Below, piece after piece: positions 55,541-64,000 of a stretch of 64,000 bases of DNA. The position numbers were made by a program, and so were the translations under genes. Source of the stretch: Marsupella aquatica. Taxonomy: Eukaryota; Plantae; Marchantiophyta. The stretch lies in contig OZ316899.1 in assembly GCA_973895155.1 (NCBI GenBank), positions 14,697,934 to 14,761,933 on the forward strand, read 5' to 3'. The first letter of the stretch is position 1; the number at the start of each line of letters is the position of its first letter. The notes beneath the pieces are model-generated. The model was not told the DNA's origin, ran no database searches, and worked only from the letters and a program-made list of their open reading frames with translations.

Positions 55541-56032
55541 GCATCCTTGGCTTTCTTCTCACCTTATTTTCTGTTGTCCGGCCGAGACCCAGACTTGCCC
55601 ATAGCAATTTTTTGAGATTCTAGTGAGGTGGTGAACCTTGATGACCCGGAGGTGTGGCTGAGGGTGTGTTCTCAAAGGGCACAGCACTTTCAGAGAGTTA
55701 GGCCAGCAGCCTTTGAGAACCTTGCCATTGCTCAACACAGAGATATGTTGCGTTATGCAACCATCCGGGGTGGAGGTTATCGACCATCCATTCGTAGGTT
55801 CCATGTGGGGGACTATGTCTATTTGCAGCAAACTGCACCGACAACGTTGGATGTGACGGCAGGACGCACTATCTTACGTGTGAGAGAGGTGTTGGCTTCT
55901 GGAGTTCTCATGTTGGAGGGTCGTGATGGTGTTGTTTGGAAGGACCATGTGCGTAATTGTGCGCCATGTCACCTCCCAAACGTGGATGGTACAGTGGACC
56001 CCAGCTTGGCAGTGATACGTGCTAGCTTGAGG

Positions 56033-56167
56033 TGCATGTTGTGTAGGTCTGCTAGTGAAGCAGCCCGTATGTTGGTTTGTGATAGGTGTTCTAGGGGTTG
56101 GCATATGTCATGCTTAACTCCACCTGTTGATGTTGTGCCTACTGGACGGTGGGTTTGTCCTTGGTGT
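56033..56167 (+). other. PHD finger (C4HC3) at the integrase C-terminus
   Basis: CMLC..MLVCDRCSRGWHMSCLTPP..VPTGRWVCPWC. Confidence 0.92.
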
Positions 56168-56346
56168 ACTTAGGAGGTGGATGACTTGATCTTCACATGG
56201 TATGGATTGCAGATGGGCGATTAACAATGGGGCAACATAGCACCCGGCCTTCTGATCCGTGCACCCACGAAGGTGTATAGCATGTAGTAGATGGATAGGG
56301 CTACCTGGGAGTTAGAGGGACCTAACCGCCAGGTAGGGGGGCGAGT

Positions 56347-56450
56347 TGCGGTACACTGTCTTGTATTTGTGTATGCTCTTGTCCATGTTATGCATGTATG
56401 TGAGTATGGCATGACCAGCGATGTATGTTGTATGACAATGTGGATTTGCA
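56347..56450 (+). repeat. Probable short 3' LTR of the DNMT-Gypsy
   Basis: TGC... directly after the PPT and ending ...TTGCA, where an unrelated ORF resumes; no second copy in the window to confirm. Confidence 0.4.
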
Positions 56451-58530
56451 CGACTGGGTGTCCTTGAATGTCAAAATCTGGTATGTAGAAAGTTGAAGCA
56501 TACCGATTTCAAAAATGATTGTTCCTTCCGAGGAAAGGGGCAATTTATTGAGCCGTTCCATCTTGGTGAGTTTGTGGAGGAAGGAGGGTTGGTGTGCGGA
56601 TTCTGTGATGAGCGGCCTCTATGCATCCAAGAATATCCCGCTAAACTTTTGCATGTCTATCCTAAGCCGTCTCTTGAGGCAAATGTTGCAAAGCATATGT
56701 CTCGATTGGCTATTTATATGGGTTTCCATGACCACGTTGTTTGGAAAGGGAAATCTTGATTGGCACAAAAGAAGGCGGATGAGATTGTTTCTGGTGTTCA
56801 CATAGCGAATCCTGTGGGTACGCCAGGGCGTGTGCTTAACAAGTCTCTTGGAATCTTGGTTTCTCTTCTGCATCCAAAGTCTTCTTTGGAACTATTGAAA
56901 GAAGAAGAGAGAGAGAGATTTGGGAGTCGATGAAGGTTGTGTCTACTGTTGAGAAATTCCAGGCCATATTCCGGAGCGTGAAAATGGATAACCCCCTAAA
57001 AGGTGAGTTGGACTCGCTTTGTGAGATGCAAGCCCGGAATAATTTTCCTTTCGTTAAGAGGTACCTTTCCCTGGCCAGGGGAGGAAGACCGATCGGGCTC
57101 ATGTCTTCAAAATGAGTACAAATGGCCCAGGTTTGGGTGTTGACATTCTCAGACCATTTTTGAGTTAGCATATAGGAACGCCGATGCGATGGGATCAATG
57201 GATGCTTATGAAAAGGCAGCAAATCTTTTGCTTCAGTCATCAGCTAAGTATGAATTCTATAGAACAGCACCATTACATGAGGATATCCGAACAACATCGA
57301 CAAAGAGGAAAGGAAAAACTTCAGTTACAATCCACGAGAATGACTCCCAGACTCCCATAGACATGACAAAGTGTCACGCACAACAGCTTCTCCTTCAGGT
57401 CTAAAAAGGCGTAATCTTTATCCTAAATTCTGCTGCGTCAATGTTTCAGAGACTTATGGGGATCCAAAAATAGCAAGGAACACAACTTCGGGGACTCCTA
57501 TTGGAGTTTGCTCTCCTCAAGTTATTTATATGTTGGATGACGATGGTGATGATGCAAGTTGTAATGTCAATGACATTGACCAGACGGGGACTCAACCTTC
57601 GCGTGATGTTGGGGACGATCATCGGGATGCCCCCCCAAAGGATCCCTTCCATCCGAGAGGTTGATGTTCCTTATGGGACCTGGCATCTCAGGCGGAGCGG
57701 GAGAGGTGCTGGACCTGTTTGCAACGGATCGGTTGACTGAAGCATTTCTGGAAGTGATGAATGTCGAAATCTCATCAAGGAGACTGGATGTAAGTCCGCG
57801 CAAGGGGGAATTGTTGGAGTCGCCATTCACGGGTTGTGATTATTGTCTCCACACCGCCAGTTGTTGTACTTCTGTCCTAATAATAAGTGTCACAAGAGCC
57901 GAGGACGCAGAATCTAGCTCAACTTACCCCCCCCCACCCGAGTCGCTCAAGGTTCAACGTGGGACTTGCCTCTCCCATCCCGAGATAGATTTCCTGCTCA
58001 GATTAGGATTCCAGATCAGTGGACTGTCCTATGTTGATGCAAAAGAAGATGGGGAGTTCTCCTCCCCCAACCGGGTTGACCTACAGATTGATGTTAACTC
58101 ATTCCCGGAATGAATCGATCTAACTAATGTGGACCGTCGGTTGAAAACCCAAAATGGTAAGGGTGCATGACAGCGTTTCAGCAATACTCCAGAGTTGCTC
58201 AAGCGCATCATTTTCGCTACACAAGAGTACATGAGAGTTATCGGAAATGAGAGGGTAAGCACTGAAAATGGATGGGGTTGGCGATACTTGATCGCCACTC
58301 ACGAGACTGATTCACAAGTTCCGCACACATATTGGGTGAAAATCTGTTGTTTCCCTTTGTGTTCCTGTGAAGACTTTTATAAGAGGCATACACGAGGGAA
58401 ACCATACATGTCTTGTAAACATCTGTTGTGGGTGTATTTAAACAAGTTTTCACTCAACCTGGAGAGGGACGACCTTGTCAAACAGCCAATTCTGACTATT
58501 GGGGAAGTGAGGAGTTTAATTCCGTTATAG
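56451..58530 (+). pseudogene. Decayed Cys/His-rich, transposase-like gene: GCM-like N-terminal zinc domain and C-terminal SWIM finger
   Basis: LGVLECQNLVC..VCGFC..RLAIYMGFHDH (GCM-like, tentative); CSCEDF..SCKHLLWVY (SWIM CxC-xn-CxH) at 58359-58421; no DDE core recognised. Confidence 0.55.
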
Positions 58531-59451
58531 ATAGGGGATTAGTCGTTTATTGGAGATGCTAATTTTAGGTTGGTGGGAGAGATTCCTCGAGGTAGTGGTT
58601 TCACAAATACCAATCTGTTTTCAACTTTAATAAATAAATTATTTGAATCGTATGGCCAAACTAATGTTCTAGTTCAACTGGTTCCTTCTTTTCTAATGCT
58701 TTAGAAACCGAGTGAATCTCCCTAATGTTAGCAAGGTCCTATACACTAATAGTTTATAGGGTTTCATGTTCTGTGTTTTGGGCTACAATCTTGCTAGTCT
58801 TCGGAAGTCTTCAAATTGGATACAACTCAAAAATTTGAAAGAAGACCTTTGAGATATAGGCTGGTAAATAGGTTTGTTGTAGGGGATACAGTCCTCCTCT
58901 TTTGACTACACTTAAACCCAAAATAGCTTAAACTTGGTGACTAGGATCTGTTTGGTTGAAGTTGGAATGATCAAAATGATGTCAGTATTATGCTAGCGAT
59001 CTCGCTAGTCTGAGAAACTTTCCTAATAGGATACAATTTAGGGTTTAGGGTCTAGTACAGAGTTCTTGGGTCTATACACAGAAATGTGTTTAGTGTAGTG
59101 GTTGCAGTACTCTGTTGAAAGCATGTTCTAAACTTAAACCAGTAACATATGAACCTGGCGACGAGGATCTGTACGGTTGAATTTGGAAATTGATAAATGA
59201 TTTCAGTACTATACCAGCGATCTTGCTAGTCTGCTTAGGGTCCATGTTTGTCTCTCTAATAAGCGACAGGTTCAAAGAGAAATGGGGCAGAATTTGGAAA
59301 GAAAGAGGAAAAGACTTGTCGTTCGGGTCATTGATGGACAAAACAGAAAAGACAGAAACACATGAACTTTACTTCCTATACATATTGTGAGTACATGTCA
59401 TGCTTTTGCAACTATGAAGAGGTCTGTAAACCCCACAAACTGAGTCTCTAT

Positions 59452-59808
59452 TCAGGGGCTGGCCGCCTTGTAAGCATCAGAGTCTGTGTCCGACTCCAAA
59501 TCGTAATCCAAAGACGCAAGGCGTTCCTCGGTCCAGTAGTCATGGATCTCCCGTTCAATCCAATACTGCTCCTCTTCTGCAAGCCTCTTCCTCTTTGCTG
59601 CGGCCTTGCGCTGTGTCACATCTACCTTCGGCTTTGGTGGAGACTTCGCTGGTTGACCTGACTTTGGTGTCACGGGTGTTTGCCTCAATGATGATGATGA
59701 TCCAACAGATGGATCTTTCTGACCAACTGCAGTTGGGAAACTGCTACCTGCGGAGACCTGAGAGTGTCGGCATTGGTTTTGGCGAAAAGTCGTCTTCCAG
59801 AGGGCCAT
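59452..59808 (-). CDS. Small hypothetical protein with a basic NLS-like patch and acidic tail
   Basis: 118-aa ORF, KAAAKRKRLAEEEQYWIEREIHDYWTEERL; no recognised domain. Confidence 0.25.
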   Translation of the reverse strand: MALWKTTFRQNQCRHSQVSAGSSFPTAVGQKDPSVGSSSSLRQTPVTPKSGQPAKSPPKPKVDVTQRKAAAKRKRLAEEEQYWIEREIHDYWTEERLASLDYDLESDTDSDAYKAASP

Positions 59809-61639
59809 CCGTCGCCGGGCTGTAACGACGGACCTCGAGTTGCCATTTCCTGTTGAAAAGCGTTTCCACGATGAAAAACATCGAATGCCTTCACGAAGAG
59901 TTCTTCACTTAAATAAAACTCAGAGACATAGAGAGGCGCGTACCCAAACTTGATTTGAGTGAGCGTTGAGGACTTGTAATACTGAGAGCATTTCTAAACC
60001 CGCGAACTCGAGACGGAGGCGGAGGAAATGATCAGGAGAATGATTCCGAAGACTGGAGGTTTTGGGGTGACTGGCTTTGCTTAAGTAGAGGGTTCGCCTT
60101 GGGTTCGCCTGTGGTTCAGAACGGTAATTCTCCCGTTCACTTGCAAGTGACATGATTAGGTTCCAAACAACCTCAATCATCCTTGACTCGTCACAATGAA
60201 ACGCGGATTCTTGTCACGCGGGAATTGCGCTGGACTGTTCCGCTTCTGGTTTGCCTCGGGTGGCATATTTCCCATGTGGGAGCCCGTACCTGGAGCCCGT
60301 ACCTTGTGTGAGTGACCCAAAGTGTTAGCGTGATTGGACTAGCAATTTCGCTGGCCTGAAACAAATGTCATTTAGAATGATCGGACATGGAGGTTAAAAC
60401 AGGTGGCAGGAGTTGCCACATAAAAATTAGTCTTTATTTTTGGTCCCAATACATTCAGGGGACTAGAACATGCTCATGTTTACTCATTTTCTATGTCATT
60501 TTCTTTTTTGATGATCAAACGGGGTCTTCATGCTAGTGAGAAAGATTCCAGACCTGATTTTGGGGCCCCAATAAAAAGGGAAAACTTACCTGTGCCAACA
60601 AAAATTCTACTGTTTACTAGCCCATTACAATTACCTACATTAACCTACTCATACTCTAGGCATCATGATTACACTATTCTTGTTTCTTGCTAATCATTAT
60701 GCAGGTGCCCCAGCTACTTTCTGCATACAGGTACACATACGATCATATTACTGTATAGGGGACACGCTGCTTACGTACGTCACACTAGTCCAGATATCAA
60801 AACTCGAGATCGACAGGTGCCAGGATATTTTCTATGTTTGAGACATACTTGTTCCAAGTTTTTATGGCTTATTTACGAATTCTTAGGCACTTGAACCAGA
60901 AGTGCAATTCTTTTTGGCATACAACTCTACTCCTGCAGCATAGGGACTTGTCTTCTGTGTACCAGATCTAATGAGTGCAGTTGGTAGGAATCTTCAATCC
61001 ACTCAGCTTAGGTGGGGCTCTCCTGGGGCTTCTCCGATCACTCGTAGACTAGGGACTGAACTACTTCCACAGGTATTCCAATCCTACAACACTCTTTCCG
61101 AGTAAGAACCCTGTTCACCAGAATTAGTATTGGTAACACTATTTGCGTACCCTGTTTTTTTTGGGTTTACTCTAAACCCTAAACATTACCAATATGTACC
61201 AACACTACTGGTCCGCGCATCAAGTAGGACTAATTTAATCTTTAATCTGTTCCCTAGCTGTATCCAATGCACAAATGGAATCAACATTAAACTAGATCCA
61301 CTGGGATCAGGCACAGTTAGGGTATGGACAAGCGAAGGATAGAGCAATGATAGCAATCTGGAGGCACGTTACATGTGCTCCATGATAACACACCAACCGT
61401 TTGCAACTGTATGGCTGCAGCATCCAATCTGCACTCATGTGAACTGGGATTATCCCAAACCTGAAATACTGCTCAGAAGTAAATTTCAGCGCCACAATAG
61501 CATATGGGCGCCCACTGAAGTCTATTTACGCTTCTACTTCCAAGACCACCTATCCTAGAGAGGAAACTAATGAAGATTTCTAATCCAGTCACAATCTTCT
61601 CCTCAAAAGAAAGACGCTAACGCAAGCCTTGTTGATCAC

Positions 61640-64000
61640 CTATGAATGTTCTGTTGAAATTCACGATACTTAGCAACAATTTCTTGATGCTGCCGCTTTT
61701 CATCTTCTAGTTCCTCTTCAAGGACTACAACTTTGTCGAGCAACATGAGCATGTCTCTGTCCAACTCGTCATTGGAGAGTGAAGATTGTATTTCGCACTT
61801 GACATCGCAGGTGAACATGTCACTCCTAGGCCTCTCTGCTCCGTTTAACTGAATATTTATACCTTCAAGTCTCTTATCAGCAACCTGTGATCCCACAACT
61901 TCTGCACTCTCTCTCTTGGCTGTCTCTGGGTCGTCAAAGCCTTCCAAATGTTTCATATCAGGGCATGTATCCCACTCCTTAGCCACCTTTGGTGGAGGAA
62001 CTCCGTCAAAGTCATTTCCAGCCTCTTTCAAATTTGGCCAATCGACACAAGTTTCTCTACTCCCCTCCAGGTGAACCACATTCCTGCCACAAATTCTTAC
62101 AAGATAGCTTACTACAGCAGTAAGTTCTGCCACAAACTCCACCACATCTGTTTCACTGTGCAAAAGCTTGTTACTTACCCCAATCAGACTATCAATCCTA
62201 TGGTCCAGACCTGAATGTTTCAACTGCATCAAGGGATAAACCTGCCTTTCAGGCCCTGTTCCGCTTGGGTGGGCCGATTTACAGCTCGAGAGCTCCTGCT
62301 CTAAACCTGTTACTTTAGCCAATGCTTCGATAGCTTGTACTAAACTTCGGACTGTGGTAAAAAAGTCTAGACCCCTCGTACTGGTTTTGGATTCAGAATC
62401 AGACAAGACAGAAGCAGAGTGCTCACTTACTTCATATCTAAGCTCTGATGAGCTTCTTGAGGACAGAGATCTTCTGACGGAATTGTTTACCTCATCAGCG
62501 TATTGACTTCTTCCTTTGGTATCATACAACATAACTTCATTGGCTGCCCCTGCTCTAACGGCAATGGACTGGGCCTCCACAAGATCTTCCAGTTCTTTGG
62601 TTATACTCCGATCTCTGACATTATCAGCATCGCCCTGCTTGTCACACAGCTTGTCCAATTTTTCCTGGACCTTAACCAAGGCTGCTTCGTTGGCACCGTT
62701 GCGAGACTGTAAGATGGAGAGTTGTTCCTTGGCAAGCATAAGCTGTTGGCTTACTTCCCTGCACAAAGAATTGGCTTCTTCGAGCTCCGTTTCCTTGGCA
62801 ATCAGTTTTTTTCCTAGAAATTCAGCAACTGCATCAAATGACTTCTCACTTGGCTCGTCTTGTGTGGTGCGAAGCTCGCCTTTCTCTGTTGCCATAGCCA
62901 GCCTCTCAATCTTTGTAAAGTCATCCACGAGGTCCAGCTTGCCCATCTCAAGCTCTTTGTCTGCGCTCTTCTTGAAATCGGCCAAGTCAGCAAGAAATGC
63001 TGATGTTGAACTACAAGGATCAGCTAGTTCATTTCTCTTTCTTACACCTTCCCTTTGACGTATAAAACACAGATGGCTGGTTTCTCTCTTCGACATACCC
63101 TCAGCAGCCTCTAGTTGTTCTTCGACATTTGAGAGTTTGCTTGCTGTCTTTGCACACATGAGACGAGATGCTTGCAATTCTTCATCCCTCTTTGCTAGAG
63201 CCTCCTTCAGCAATTTCAGCTCAGTATCCATTCCCAGAAGTTCTTCAGAACGATTATCTGCATTTCTACCGGTCCCATGACTGTCACGGGAACCGTCAAA
63301 AGTTGAGTTTATTGGGTTATTCATATCTCTCGGGAATGTACAACCACTCCGACCCAAAGACCTCCTTCTCTGCAGATCGAGTCCAGTGTCATTGCTACCA
63401 AGAGCATCTACTTCAATCTTCATTTGTGCCAACGCTGCAGGCCCTGGAAGTTTCTTACGAACCAGAACCCGCAACCTCTGACATTCTGCCTCTAATTTTG
63501 AGATCTTCTTAACATTCTCTAGTTGGTTCTTGCCAGCGTTTTCAGCTACTTTTCTCTCACAATCTCTTTCTACATTTCTTATTTCTACTTCCTTGCTCAG
63601 GAGATGCAGCTCATACTTTAAAGTTGAGTTCTCTTTCTCCATGGATTGAAGCTGGGCTTGAAGAATCTTTATCTCTGTTTCCGCGCATGTTTTGGTTTCC
63701 ACGGCCTCTGCCAAGGCTTTTGCCCTCTCTCGTAGAGTGATAGACATGGCATTGACTTCAGCTCGAACGTCTAGTACCTCAGAACAAGCATCCTGTAGGT
63801 GGTGACCAGCCTCTGACAGTTTAGCTTCCATGTCCTGTCGGAGTTTGTCGTACTCACGAGTTTTTTTTATGATGGTTTCATGGATCCTGACCTCTTGTTC
63901 CTCTCGAACGTGCCTTAGTTGCCTCATACACTCTTTCAGGGCACCATCTAGATGTGAAACTCGATCCTGAGTAGCTAGCTTCTGATGTATGGCTGTGTCT
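61640..64000 (-). CDS. FPP: Filament-like plant protein (FPP family), large internal exon; gene continues beyond the window
   Basis: Open from the window edge: RVSHLDGALKECMRQLR..EEQE and ENVKKISKLEAECQRLRVLVRKKLPGPAALAQMK.EV; likely GT donor at 61639, so the track's stop at 61636 is probably intronic. Confidence 0.92.

Larger units (their letters stand above)
51385..56450 (+). mobile_element. 5'-truncated, degenerate Ty3/Gypsy element: PR - DNMT - RT - RH - IN - PHD
   Basis: YDVLVGG (PR end); CGDYRPIN, LDLRAGYHQ, LPFGL, YIDD (RT); TDWS..TDHQPL (RH); AHEELGHFG..CMVC..SLDFAG..TDQG..AER (IN); PPT-like AGGTAGGGGGGCGAG at 56331-56345. Confidence 0.92.

Overview
Repeat-rich region of a land-plant nuclear genome (an FPP gene, TTTAGGG-type motifs and plant TE families; a non-seed plant such as a bryophyte is my guess, not established). 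Almost all of it is nested transposon DNA; the one clear host gene is a partial filament-like plant protein (FPP) gene at the right end. Main observations: (1) A young, structurally complete 15.5-kb non-chromovirus Ty3/Gypsy element (25121-40661, minus strand; CCGAC TSD, tRNA-Asn PBS, PPT) has two 4,660-bp LTRs, each containing an entire ~1,121-codon gene. The product has a plant-mobile-domain (PMD)-like motif, a long coiled coil and NLSs, and no transmembrane segment. The same gene sits in a TSD-flanked solo LTR (8380-11908), which is inserted in frame into a decayed older relative. The element also shows a -1 frameshift signal placed after the protease and an exact central copy of its PPT. 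(2) A second, degenerate Gypsy (~51385-56450) carries a DNMT3-like cytosine methyltransferase between protease and RT, and a PHD finger after integrase. (3) Decayed cargo includes a SNF2 helicase fragment, a GCM-like/SWIM ORF, an RNase H1 hybrid-binding-domain ORF, an unknown three-copy ORF family with an AGETPG motif, Copia remnants, minisatellites and hairpins. All alignments were made by eye; no database searches were run.
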